Source: a virus
Strand: one strand, 5' to 3'
DNA: 64,000 nt
IMG/VR virus record: IMGVR_UViG_3300045125_000089
Span: 5,499 to 69,498 of that record
A program made the translations under genes and the position numbers. How positions within the stretch are numbered: the stretch's first letter is position 1; every line of letters begins with the position of its first letter. Of this stretch, positions 10,929-22,914 are shown piece by piece. The notes below the pieces were generated by a model. That model saw only the letters and a program-made list of their open reading frames with translations. It did not search any database and was not told where the DNA came from.

Positions 10929-12951
10929 TTATAATACACTCCATCCTACTTGTGGACCAAAATGATAATTGCTTGTCAACGATTTGGCTGTCTTTCTATT
11001 ATACTCAACTGGACTGAAACGTCAATAAGTGTTGGAAGCTGTCTTGAATATACGTTATTTTGATTTATGACCTTTTCATTTCCATATACATATGTATACT
11101 TATTATCTCGTAATGTTTCCCATTGAGCATCATCTGGTACAGTAACCCCAACACTTCTTAAAATAGCGGGTTGGTCTACATATAAATCTCCTATTCTAAA
11201 TTCTATCATCGGTGGATATATAAATCCGCTTTCTCTGCCTGTGGTATCTGTTGTTTCATTTACTATAAAAGGCGTCATCTGCACCGTGGCTTGGTCCATT
11301 GTTCCGATTGCCTGAGATTGTATTTGTGGTTGTTGCAATAAACCAGATGTTACAATTGCTCTGTCTGTATATTTACTTGGTCTAGTTAATCCTACTAAAT
11401 AATTTACTCTTTCCCAGTTAGGTACTAATTCATATATACTATTGGCATATACTCCTAAAGTTAAAACTTAATTCTCTGGTAAACCCTTTATAAATAAAAA
11501 GTTTGTCTGCGCGACCCATGTATTTAACATCATCCCAATCAGCAGTATTATTGTCTTGTATGCTACCAAGGGTTGCTCTGAATGGAATATACTTTGTGTT
11601 TATCAAATCATAAAAATAAAAGAATATTAAGTCTTTAGATTGATTTGACCCCTGTTTTAAAAGTATTTCATCTATACTATCCGTGGTTACCAGTAAGTTA
11701 TAATCGTCTGGCGTTCCTGTCTCCCCCGTACCTTTGATGCTTTAGCAAATCCTCTATTGTCTATTCGTAATTCGTTTACTGTTTCTTGACTTCTTAGATA
11801 TTCTATGAATGGACCATCAGTAACCGTTGATTTATCCACAAAATTCAAATTATCCGCGTCAATGCCTTTAGGTATAGAATTATAATCAGTAAGATTGTTT
11901 ATTCCTTTGTCTGGATTATTCGTGTATCCTTCCGCGGATTTTCTGCGTGGCGGCAGTATAGCAACGTATGATTGAACTGCTCGCAACATGCTTGCATATC
12001 TATCTACTATTAATGTTGAAGGACCGGTGTCTCCTGGATTTTTTATTATTGCTTTTGGTGCATAATAATTGCTCGTGTCGTCTTCTCCATAAGGCGTATC
12101 TGTTCTGCTGGCGTATAAACGTGAAAATCTTTTGGATTACGCGGCGAAGAATTATCCGCCGATGCCAAAAATTTGTCATCATTATAAAATGTTGTTGCGT
12201 CTCTGTTTGGTGCAGAGATGATTAGCTTGTTTCTATCTTCTAAATATGAGAAGTATATACCCTCCTGATATGCCGAGTCATATTCTGGTCTATATTTCCA
12301 TGGGTCTATAACATTTGCTCTTCTCGTACTTGGTATAAGTGTTTGCATCCTGTCCATCGAATGGTTCGTGCAACCCACCACTTGTTCCTCCACCTTGTCC
12401 AATTCCCCACAATGTTTTGAATATAGAGTTTGCATTATTTCCAGTTTCAAATCTTAACAGCCCATATGGTGCTCCACCTTTTGCAAATGCGTAGTTTGAA
12501 GTACGTGTACCTCCGCCATTATTATTTCTAAAATTTATATTTATTTCAGAATGTCTGACTGGAAATTGTCTGCGCACCGAGTTTAACAAACTGCGATAGT
12601 TATATATTCTTGTTTCGCTGAACGCATTTGTTTGTTGTAAAAACGCTTGATTTCTGGTGAAGTTGCGGCCAATCCCGCTAGAAGAAAATTGTCTAAATCT
12701 ATCAACGTCCACCGACACCGAAGGTTCTGGATATGTTTGCGAACTATATTTAGTAAAATCTTTTTTATAATTAGAATCAGTAAGTTTGGTGTATATATAA
12801 GGCTGGTCGGGTCCAGAGTCTCCCCCGCTTGATAATATGGACTAAATTTATTATATATTCTGTATTCGTTTCTTAAAAACGAGGCTACCCGCAACGAAGG
12901 CGTATTTCGTCGTATTGGCACTAATGGAGCTAAAAATGTATTGTCTTCCAT
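10929..12951 (-). CDS. Putative baseplate/tail-tube initiator protein (frameshifted)
   Basis: C-terminal half reads IPFRATLGSIQDNNTADW..YMGRAD..GFTRELSFNF..NYLVGLTRP..PPMIEFRIGDLYVDQPAILRSVGVTVPDDAQWE. It sits between the tape measure and LysM-like genes. Confidence 0.6.
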
Positions 12952-12963
12952 AATCTATAAATA

Positions 12964-15900
12964 TCAAGATGACTTGGCCAATGTTCTTGAAACTAATATA
13001 CCATCCATATTAACAGCAATTGCCCCATTCTTCAGCAGCCCAATTAATTCATCTAATTTTTCAATCATAGCGTTTTGATTATTATTTACATTAACAATGG
13101 GCGTTGCGCCTCCAGCAGTTCCACCGAGTTTTGATATTGCGTCGGTAAGCTTGTCAACAGTTTCTTTAAGTTCATCAAGGTTTTTGACTTCAACTGCCAT
13201 AGTAACTTGTTTTTCAACATTGGCTGTACTTCGCTGTTTGTATGTTGTTGCCGCGTCTCCTCCGAGTAGTTTACCTACAAATGGAATACTTTTTATAAAA
13301 TTAAACGCGGTTTTGAATGGAGAAACTAGTATATCAAATATTCCACCCATATTGCGGTTTATGCCTTTGGTTATGGAAGTCTTTCAATGACCCACTTCTA
13401 CCGAACATAGATGATGCAAATTAAACACTCTTTTGAATGGTAGAGTTACTGACCATTAATGATAGTAGAACTAATGGACGTTAAGCCGTCAACCATAGCA
13501 GAACCAATAGACTTTATTCCATTTATTATAGAATCTCCAGCAATCCATCTCCACCGAATAACTTAGAAACAAAATTAAACACTTTTCTGAATGGCCAAGT
13601 AGTACGTCCAATAACATTCCTCCGATGGATTTAATACCATCCACTATACCGAGTCCAAGTTCAGACGGCGATTGACCCAAAAATGTATTTTTCTAACCAT
13701 TCCCATACTTTGACAAATGGCATCATCAACCATTCCAATACCGTTTTTCCTACGCTTTTTATACCTTCAACCATTTCATCTGGAATATCCACACCAAATT
13801 TTCTTAGTACCCACACTCCAATATCTATAAATGGAGATATGATGGCGTCAAAAATTGCACCAGGTACCGCCAATAAAGACTTTATTATCTTATCACCAAT
13901 ACTTAAGTTGTCATCAGTCCATATACTAAACAGGCTTGTTCCCAATTCCCATAATATTTGAATTGCTGTTATGACTTGTCCTATAACAGGTATGGCTTTG
14001 AAAATATTCCAACAAATCTACCAACCAGTCCAAATGTTTTCCAAATACCCCAAATAGGTTTGAAACCGGACCAAGTGCGTTTCCAATTCCACCAACTGCA
14101 CCAAAAAGTTTAGACACTGCAACAATTCCTAAGTTTGTAAATTTAGAAATTTGTGTTATAAGTGGTGGAACCCAACTAAACATACCAGACAATCTTGCTC
14201 CTATACCCGATACTCTGGAAAGTCCTACAAATATATCTTTTATGTACAATCCCATCCCCAAAAAAATTGCACTTACAGCTTGAAATGATTTTAATTCCGT
14301 AAACACTTTTCCAGACATTATTCCTAAAAACATAAACAATCTTACCACCGTGCTTACCGCCTCTCCGAGTTTTTCAGCATAAGGAACAATCTTGTTTACT
14401 CCTTCTCCTATCTTTGTCATTATTTCTTCCAGTTTTAACCCACCTTTCTCTCCAGACCGTAACCCACTAACAAATTTATCAAATGGAGCTAAAAATCCTC
14501 GCACCACTGCTGCTATGATTTTAAACGCAAATCCTAATAATCTTGCAGCTTAATTATTATCGGAGGCATTATTGTGTTTGCTATAGCAAGTAAAGCGTCG
14601 GCTATGTCTGTCCAAATTGCTGCGAATGCATTGGTAAGTTTATTCATTTCACCCTGCATCAATTCTCTTTTTGCCATTTCTTCTGCCTGTTTTTCCAAGT
14701 CCGCGGCGGCAGCTTTTTCGTTCTCTTTAATTTTTTGCTGCATTTCCGTGTATTTTTTATACAGTTCAGGACGAGTTTGCTCCAATTTTGCAAGAAGTTT
14801 TTGTTGATTTTGCTGCTTTATTATTTCTTGCACTGTCATTCCAGCCGCCTTGGCAAGAGCTTCTTGTTGATATACGTTAAGTCTTGTAAAATCTCCAGCT
14901 CTTTGCTATCTGTTTCAACGCAAGCTCTCTAGATTTTACTACGTCTCCTGCATATGCCGCTGCTCTAGCTTCTTGAAAATTCAGTGCTTTTCCTATTAAT
15001 GCAGAAGCTTCAAGCTCGCTTGTAATACGAGTCTTGGTAATTTAAGAAATCCTCTAGCCGATTTTGACAAGGAGTTTACTGTAGTACCAAGTCTTCTTGC
15101 TTCCACGGTTGCTCGCATCAACGCCATAGGACTCTTTTGCAAGAAAGGCCAGAGTGTCTTCAGACGCGTTTGCCATATCATTCAATACCGCTCTTGGTGC
15201 AACTCCTCCCATTTCTGCCAAAGCAGCGGCAGATTTTATCATAGAGTCTCCGGTACTTCCTACAGAATTTGATATAGATTCAAACAATCCTTTAAATTTT
15301 GCAGCATCTTGTACATTCAATCCAAGATTTGCCGCCATCATAGCAGTATTTGCTATTGCTTCTTTGGTAACCAATCCAATTACCTGAAATTCATTTGTTA
15401 ATGCCGTTGCTGCTTCATATGCTTCTTTTATCCCGACACCGAGATTTTGCATTTGAACATTAACTTCTCTCGCAGCTTTATCCAATTCTCTGGTTTGACT
15501 TACTAAAAATCCCGTGTTTTTTCTGAAGTCAAGTGCTGCTTGGTCCAATTCTTTCCATCTTTCGAGTGAGGCTTTCAACATTGCCAACCAAGCACGCATT
15601 CCACCTTTAGCAATAGATATCAATAATTCTTTTGTTTTGCTGTATCCCTCCACACTAGCATTAATAAAACCCTCAATTTCTTGCCCCGTTATAAGCAAAT
15701 TTTTTGTAATTTGTAGTTGTGATTCTAAAGTTCTAAGCGCATCTTTTTCCAATTTTAAGCGGTTAGATGTATAGTAAGCCGCAACCTTTCCTCCATCAAT
15801 TTTTTTGTTAATACAGATTGTATATAATTTTCTATTTTTTCTTCTTTCTGCTTTGCGGCAATCGTGTCTTTAATTGTCTGTATATCTCGCCGTCTGGCCG

Positions 15901-16295
15901 CTGCTGTTCTTTCGGTAATTTTTCCAGAAGCTATTTCTTGTTGAAATTCTCGCTCTTTTCGAGCCAGCAGTACATTTTGATATTTTATTTGGTCTTTTAT
16001 AATCTCACTTTTATATTGAGAGGTTGCCAGTTTACTTTCGTTTTGTGCTATATTTTTTTGTATAGTGCTATACGTAGTTTCTAACTTTGTAATTTTTTGT
16101 TTTTTTCTTCAATTTTTTTAGTTAAATCTAATACTATTTTGTTACCTTCTACTTCTCTTTGCAAGTCTTCTGCTCTTTTTTTGAAACTCCGCGAGTTTTA
16201 TCAACTACCTCTGCTATTTTTTCATATATATCCAATGCCGCTTGTGCGCGATTATACTCTTCCTGCGTCATTGATATATTATTGCTGTCGGCCAT
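12964..16295 (-). CDS. Tail tape measure protein (frameshifted, about 1,110 aa)
   Basis: Long helical/coiled-coil N-terminal part (LARATVEARRLGTTV..), Gly/Ala/aromatic periodic middle (IFDAIISPFIDIG..WEWLEKYIFG), and C-terminal KLDELIGLLKNGAIAVNMDGILVS. Located directly after the tail assembly chaperone. Confidence 0.8.
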
Positions 16296-16340
16296 TTATA
16301 TAATAGTTTATCCTATATAAATATATAATAACCACCCTTT

Positions 16341-17389
16341 TTACCTGCGTATTCCTGGTCTATCTACCTTTGGACCACTTGATTTTGGTCCTTTTGCGGC
16401 AGATTCGTGCTGTTCTGCTTCTTGTTTCTTTGTATCTACAAGCTTTCGTATATAAAATCTACGCAAATGCACAGGTAATGCATATGCTTCGGTGTGACTA
16501 AATGCCCCATTGCTATAATAGCATAGGGTGAATATTTCTTCGTGCAGGTTTACTTTATACTCAGGTGCTAGGCCAAAGAAGTCAACACCCAGTGGCATTG
16601 CCATCCTTTCATTATGCCCGCAAGCACTGCAAGTAAAATCAAATGTCATATCCAAATCAGGTGTATTTTCGCGAATATGCTTTCTTAATGCCATACTATC
16701 CTTGGCAAGCATGTTATCTACAAACTTCTTGACGCCTCCTCTATCACTATTTCCATCAATAGAAACAATGCTATACTTTATTCTGGTTGTCATTTCTGGT
16801 GTATTCGTTTTGGAAATTTTTGCAAGACCTTTTAGTTCTGCATCAATGTCTCCTTCATCTTTGTGCGTTAATAATCTATAAACTATAGTCTTTTTTGATA
16901 TAGGAAGTTCAAAAGAAAATGCGTTTTCTCCTTGGTATGTTTACTAAAGTCAAATGCTTTGGCTTTTAGGTCAGCCAAGTTTATTTTGACTTCATTTTCT
17001 TCGCCGCATTTTGGGCAAGTAATCTTGGCAGGATATTCATCGCCGTATGCAAGTCTTCTAGCAGCAACAAATATGGCATTTTTATCTCCAATCAAGATGT
17101 CTTCAAGTTTTACACCTGGTGATACAATCAACGCCTTCAACAATTCATCCAATACCACGCCCTTCTTGATAAGATTTTGATTAGTAAGAATATCTTCTTC
17201 GCGAGCAGTCATATACTTTAGTTGAATGCGACCACTGCTTAATGGAGAAGATAGTGGATAAAAATGGCCCTCCGAAGGCAAGTCTATATATTCTGTAGGA
17301 AAATCAAGCTTTTGCTCTACTGGTGCTGCTTGTGCAACTACTGGCTGAACCTGTGCATTTTGCTTTGTAACTGGTATTGTATTATCCAT
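16341..17389 (-). CDS. T4 gp26-like hub assembly / tail assembly chaperone, read in frame with a small gp51/T-like downstream domain
   Basis: FPTEYIDLPSEGHFYP..IQLKYMTAREEDILTNQNLIKKG..DKNAIFVAARRLAYG..CPKC..DMTFDFTCSACG..MPLGVDFF, then LHEEIFTLCYYSNGAFSHTEAYALPVHLRRFYIRKL. Confidence 0.75.
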
Positions 17390-17454
17390 ATTTAATATAA
17401 CTTTTGTTTATTCATATATATGAACTAAAAGTAGTTTTTTGTATATATAAAAAG

Positions 17455-17478
17455 TTCTGCCGCTAAAAAGCGGCAGAA
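17455..17478 (-). terminator. Intrinsic terminator
   Basis: TTCTGCCGC-TAAAAA-GCGGCAGAA perfect 9-bp stem, followed on the minus strand by CTTTTT. Lies after ORF 17505-18488. Confidence 0.75.
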
Positions 17479-17504
17479 GCAGTGACAATATGTTTATTTA
17501 GTTG

Positions 17505-18488
17505 TTATTGTTTTAATCCTTTTTTCTTCATCAAGTATGCACGCAGTCTGTTCATTTTTGCTTGTTTAGCGGCTTTTTCAGATGCAGCAAGATTTGATAT
17601 ATCAGGTTCTGCGGTATCTGCATCTACTCCAGTATCCGTCTTTGCTTTTTGCATTGCATTTTGAATAACAGATGCGTCCATGCTTAATGGAGTTTCTTCA
17701 CTATTCTTTTCTGCGATTGCGTCCACAACTTCTTGTTCGGTTGCGTTTGGATTATACTTCATGAATTCTTCAACGGCATCTTCTGTTCTAGCAATTTCGG
17801 CTTTTGTACCAGTTCCTGTTGATGCGGCGGGCGATGTTGTTGGACGACCTAGGTTTGGATTCTTTCCTTGCTTAACATATGGTCCTTTTGGAGCTTCTGT
17901 TGGTGTGCCATCTGGAATGGTCTTGTGTCCTTTAACAACCCAACCGGTTGGAGAATTTGGGTCTTGTACTTTGAACTTGCTGCCAACGGCACCTTTTACA
18001 CGAGCCATTTCATCAATTTCTTCACGAATCATTTGAAGAATATCTTCTTTTAGATTTCCAACCTTTTGTGGATTGGCTGGCTTCTTTACAACAGGAAGCT
18101 TCTTGCCTTCTTCTTTTTCCTTTGGTTCAGATGTTGGAGTTAATGACTTTGAATCAGCGACTTTTTCAGTGTGTTCGGTTGATTCTTTGGACTTTTGAAA
18201 TCCAGACAATCCTTTAGATTCTGACAATTGTTGTTTTGCAGCAACAACTTCTTCGGTGATTATTTTCAATAATGATTTTAATTCTGATTTTTTCATAGTG
18301 GTTTCTTTAAGGTTAATTCTTCTGGCATAATCTTCCGCCGCTTTGGTTGATGTATCTATTATGTTTTTGATATATTGTTCTCTCTTTTTTGGGTCACGCT
18401 CTTTTAAGAATATATCATCATATGCAATGTCTTTTAAACTAGCTTCTAGTTGACCTATTTTGAAGAGATATTTAGGAGAGTTGTCCAT
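17505..18488 (-). CDS. Hypothetical protein, putative internal head protein
   Basis: Intact 327-aa charged ORF with internal MKKSELKSLLKIITEE and LKEDILQMIREEIDE motifs. Confidence 0.7.
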   Translation of the reverse strand: MDNSPKYLFKIGQLEASLKDIAYDDIFLKERDPKKREQYIKNIIDTSTKAAEDYARRINLKETTMKKSELKSLLKIITEEVVAAKQQLSESKGLSGFQKSKESTEHTEKVADSKSLTPTSEPKEKEEGKKLPVVKKPANPQKVGNLKEDILQMIREEIDEMARVKGAVGSKFKVQDPNSPTGWVVKGHKTIPDGTPTEAPKGPYVKQGKNPNLGRPTTSPAASTGTGTKAEIARTEDAVEEFMKYNPNATEQEVVDAIAEKNSEETPLSMDASVIQNAMQKAKTDTGVDADTAEPDISNLAASEKAAKQAKMNRLRAYLMKKKGLKQ

Positions 18489-18491
18489 ATA

Positions 18492-19851
18492 TCACCATTT
18501 ACGACACGACCAATAACGGGCTTTTGTTCTTGGTCCAGGATTAGCACAGTTATGGCGAGCGCGAAAGCTTTTGCGACGCTTTGGATTACTCTTTTTGATT
18601 CTCATCTTCTTGTCGCCAAAGTTTACTTTTTTCACTTTTCCAGTTTTAGGATTCCTAACAAAAACTTTGAACTTTTTTGAATCGCCTCTCATTGGCTTGC
18701 CAAGTGGAACTTTACGACCACGATATTCTGCTTCTTCCAAGTTTTCCTTAGCATCAGCATTGATGTCTCCATATATTTCATAGAACTCATCACCTTCACA
18801 AGTATGTTCTTCACCTTCTGGAACCATATCCCAGTTGGTTTTCTTGTAGCATTCTTCCCACGCTTCATCCATTCCACCTTCTTGCATAGCGGCTTCATAA
18901 CATTCCCAGCATTCACCCACGCCGCCTTTAGCAGAAGATTGAGATTTTTTCCATTCAGCGGAAACCCGTTGGGCAACTTCAAATCTTTCTTGATCTGTGA
19001 GTTTGCGATTTTCTCTTTCCCAGTCTTTCAATGCTTGGGCTTCATTGCCTACAAGATCTCCTGGCTTGCAATACTGCTTGTACCGCATCATCGAGGTCAT
19101 TGTTAACGAATGATTCATTCCATACTTCTTCTACCATTTCACGTATCAATTTTCTTAGTTGTTCTTCTTTCATAAGTGTTTCCTCGTTCTTTTTTCTGCC
19201 TTGGCAGTGTGCTTTTTGACTAAATCCTTTTGGATGGCTGCAATCAATACTACGCTTGTATTTTTTACTCCATTTTTCATCAAGCTCTTCGACGCCTTCT
19301 GATTTTGTACCCCAATTCTTTGCTCCTTTTTTACGGCATTTTACCAATGCACCTGACGCATATGCACTCGGCCATACTTTATAACGAGATTTGACCTTAT
19401 AATAGCAGGCGTCTTTCTTTTCATTCATGAGCATTTCTGATACAAGTTCTCCACCGCAAATTGGGCATATATGATTTTCCATAATAGATTCTTCTGTTTT
19501 CTTTTTTACAACTGAAAGGAGCACCTGCCGGTACGCCCTTTACTCTCGTATAACCTTTCCAACATTTTAGTTCGTCCATCTGATTAACTTCCGTTTTGAC
19601 ATTCTTTGCTTTGCCACTGCGTTCTGGATTTGGGTCTTCTCTACGTTTTCTACGCGCTGCTTTTGCTCTGGCTTTTTTACCCATCGCCTGTGCAGATTTT
19701 AATGGACGACATTTTGGCTTACCTTCACTTGATTTTCTCTGGCACATTGTCCACGAATTTTACCGTCTGGACCAAAACGTACCCATTTCTCTTTGAACCA
19801 TTTATGCAGGTTTTCTTCAAGTTCAATAAGTTGTTGTTCTATATTATCCAT
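18492..19851 (-). CDS. Modular basic protein, putative internal head polyprotein (frameshifted)
   Basis: Stitched from ORFs 19421-19747, 19042-19524 and 18492-19118 with ATG at 19851. Successive short modules: HKWFKEKW, KCWKGY, DACYYKVKSRYKVWPSAYASG, KWSKKYKRSIDC and AEYRGRKVPLGKP..KARYWSCRKW. Confidence 0.65.
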
Positions 19852-20162
19852 TATGCCCTATCTTGTATAGCTTGTTGCTTACGAATTACATCAGATTGCT
19901 GCTTTTGCAGTTTTGCCTTAGTGCGTTCTGCTCGCTGTATTTTTGGCTGAATAGTTTGCTGTAGCTTGGCCATATCACCTTCTACTTTTTTAATATTTGT
20001 AGTTAGCTTATCGCTCTGAGCTTTTAGGTTTGCTAAATCTTTTTTATCTGCATCGGACAATCCGGTTTCTCCAGTGGAGCTATCAACTACTGCAAGGTCT
20101 TGTTCGCTTAATTTTCTGCGAACAACTTCTTGAATTATAGTTTTTAGTTGCGAACGTGTCAT
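19851..20162 (-). CDS. Hypothetical coiled-coil protein
   Basis: Intact 103-aa ORF starting MTRSQLKTIIQEVVRRKLSE. Confidence 0.7.
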   Translation of the reverse strand: MTRSQLKTIIQEVVRRKLSEQDLAVVDSSTGETGLSDADKKDLANLKAQSDKLTTNIKKVEGDMAKLQQTIQPKIQRAERTKAKLQKQQSDVIRKQQAIQDRA

Positions 20163-20534
20163 TTGCCGTGCATTTTAAGAATTTCTTCGGCAGCTTCTTT
20201 TGCTTTTTAGCAAGTTCAACTTCACGCTTTTCTTCTGGATTGTTCTATGTCAGTTTCATCGTGGTCTTTACCTTCAAACACAGCCCACATTTCATCAATC
20301 TTTTTATTGCCGTTCTTTTTGGCATAAAAAATCTTCCACATTGTAGCATATGCTTTACCTTCATCATCTTTATATTGCTTCAACAATTTATCGTGAAGTT
20401 TCTTTGGAAAATTTGGTGGAGACTTTTCTTGCAGTTCTTGCTTTTCTTCTGCCACACCAAGTGGAGCAAAATCATCTTTCATGAGTTTCTTCTACGACTT
20501 CACGTATAATTTGTTTTAGTTCTGATTTCTTCAT
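20159..20534 (-). CDS. Hypothetical protein (frameshifted)
   Basis: ATG at 20534 gives MKKSELKQIIREVVEE, which joins ORF 20222-20482 (KLLKQYKDDEGKAYATMWKIF). Confidence 0.6.
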
Positions 20535-20624
20535 AGTTTCTTTTTGTTTTTAGGTATATATAAATATAAACTATACTATAAAAAAGTATTATATAGTTGT
20601 GTTTCACACAGGTCATACCCGTGG

Positions 20625-20653
20625 GTTATAGGGGGTAGACAGATTATTGTCAA
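20625..20653 (-). promoter_or_regulatory. Near-consensus sigma70 promoter
   Basis: Minus strand TTGACA-ataatctgtctaccccc (17 nt)-TATAAC. Confidence 0.7.
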
Positions 20654-20660
20654 GATAAAA

Positions 20661-20692
20661 TAAAAAACCCCCACGTCTTATGATGGGGGTTT
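20661..20692 (-). terminator. Intrinsic terminator after the tail tube gene
   Basis: AAACCCCCA..TGGGGGTTT stem, followed by TTTTTTATTTT on the minus strand. Confidence 0.75.
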
Positions 20693-20716
20693 GATATAAG
20701 AACTACTATAATAATA

Positions 20717-21206
20717 TTAAAATTGCAAGATGCAATAATCCATAGACAATGTTAGATTGATTGTCATGGCTTCGGCATTTGCCCAGTCCATACCAGTAAA
20801 GTCAACGCTCGATGGAAATGCTCCTTTTAAGTCCCACTTTTCAACGATGTCTCCAACAGGTCCAAGAACTTGAATTTGAATATCTTTCTTGTACATATCA
20901 GCATATCCGTTACGACCAGTAACAGACTCGTGAGCAAGACGCACCCATTCCATTACAGCTTGTGCACCAGATGGAACGATTGGGTCATACAATGTAATAG
21001 ACAAATCTTGCCATTCACTCTTACCTTTGAGTTTACGTTTCAGATTGATATGGTCTAATGTAATAACACCAAGATTGATGTTAGGACGGGCAACAGCTTT
21101 GATTAGGTATGCAGGAATGCCGTCGATGTTCATGATAAAACGGTTTTGAACTTTTGGTTCAAATGCCGTGAAAAAATATTTGATTTTGGTCTAGTAGTTC
21201 TGCCAT
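20717..21206 (-). CDS. gp19: Tail tube protein (T4 gp19-like)
   Basis: MAELLDQNQIFFTAFEPKVQNRFIMNIDGIPAYLIK..RP..LDHIN..KGKSEWQDLSITLYDPIVPSGAQAVMEWVRL..GPVGDIVEKWDLKGAFP..LTLSMDYCILQF. Confidence 0.9.
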
Positions 21207-21319
21207 AGTATTTTTATTTGGTTAAGATTATTGTCTCTGAATATAAATAAAAACCATTATTAAAATATGTTGACGTTTTTTATATGTTATATACTATTTA
21301 TCAGCATACGAACCTAAAT

Positions 21320-22893
21320 ATGGCTAGACCCAAGCAAAATCCTGATTTAGTTACTCTAAAATGCCATACTTGTGGTAAAGATTATGACGTAAAATATCAA
21401 AAAAGAAACAAACAGCGTTTTTGTTCTCGCATTTGTTCAGTGAATAATCCAGAGGTAAAACAGAAAAACAGAGAAGGTGTAAAGACAACATTTGATGAAA
21501 AATATGGCGGTCATCCAATGGCAACAAATAAAGAAACATTGGAAAATTATAAATCATCTATGCGTCAAAAATACGGAGTAGAATATGCTCCGCAAATGAA
21601 AGATTTTGTTGAAAAAGTAAAATCTGATTAAATTGCAGAGATATGGAGATGCGAACTACAACAACATTGATGGTATGAAGTCTACAATGATTGAGAAGTA
21701 TGGCGTGGATAATTTTCGCAAGACAGAAGAATACAAGGAAAAATATCTAAATACTTGTATTACAAAATATGGAATAGAGCACGCTTCAAAATCAAAGCAA
21801 TATAAAGATTCGCACAAAAAATTGATGTTTGAAAAGTTTGCAGCGTCAGAAAGATTCAAGAACTTTGAACTGCAATTTACATTTGATGATTATAACGGTG
21901 TTACAAAAAAATATAACAAAAAATATCCTTTTAAATGTAAACGTTGTAACAATATAGAAAATCACGACTTGTGTAACGGTAAGGCTGTAAAATGTTCAAA
22001 TTGCGATAAAAGCATGTCTGACTTTCAACACGAAGTCGTTGAATATATACGTGCTATTTTGCCAACAGAACCTATAGTAACAAATAATCGAGCCATACTC
22101 TCACCGCTTGAATTGGACATATATCTTCCAAACAAAAATTTCGCCATCGAGACAGATGGATTATATTGGCACAGCGAAGTTGGTGGTGGTAAAAATAAAA
22201 ATTATCATATAAACAAAACCAAACTTGCTTCTACAAAAGGAATAAGACTTATACACGTATTTGAGAACGAATGGATGAACAAAAAAGAAATCACAAAGTC
22301 AGTTCTTGCTTCTGTATTAACTAAGAAAAACGCTGTAATTTACGCAAGAAAATGCAAAATTAAAGAAATAAAGCCGTCGGAAAAAACAAAAATTCTTAGA
22401 CGATAATCATTTACAAGGAACAGACCACGCCACAATCAAGTTGGGACTATATTACAACGACGAACTAGTGTCTGCCTATGACTTTCGTTAGGTCGCGTTT
22501 TGATAAAAGTGTAGAATGGGAAATGAGCAGATTTTGTAATAAATTAGGAACATCAGTAACTGGTGGCAGTTCTAGACTTTTTACGTATTTCGTAAAAACA
22601 TATAATCAAAAAGTATAGTGTCATATAGTGACCGCAGATATTTCAGCGGAGAAACATATCTTAAACTTGGATTTAATTTTGTTTCAAACACGCCGCCAAA
22701 TTATCATTATACAATAGACGGATATCATACCCTACAAAACAGAATCAACTGGCAAAAGGCCAAACTGAATAAAAAACTTTTGTCTTTTGACGCATCAATA
22801 TCAGAATGGGAAAATATGAAAATGAATGGGTTTGATAGAATATGGGACTGCGGACATAGCAAATGGGTTTGGCAATCTAAAGTTTCTCAATAA
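21320..22893 (+). mobile_element. Freestanding Hef-like homing endonuclease gene (frameshifted)
   Basis: N-terminal CxxC..CSxxC zinc finger and KYGV/KYGI repeats, then LELDIYLP..FAIETDGLYWHSE..YHINKTK..GIRLIHVFENEW and IYARKC..NHLQG..SYSDRRY..GF..RIWDCG. Antisense to the structural operon. Confidence 0.75.
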
Positions 22894-22914
22894 ACAGCTA
22901 ATTAATAAAACAAT

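Noticed and set aside
807-20509. Numerous plus-strand ORFs of 60-184 aa in the replication and structural region
   Set aside because: They lie fully antisense to well-supported minus-strand genes and have shadow-like composition (Phe/Ser/Leu-rich).
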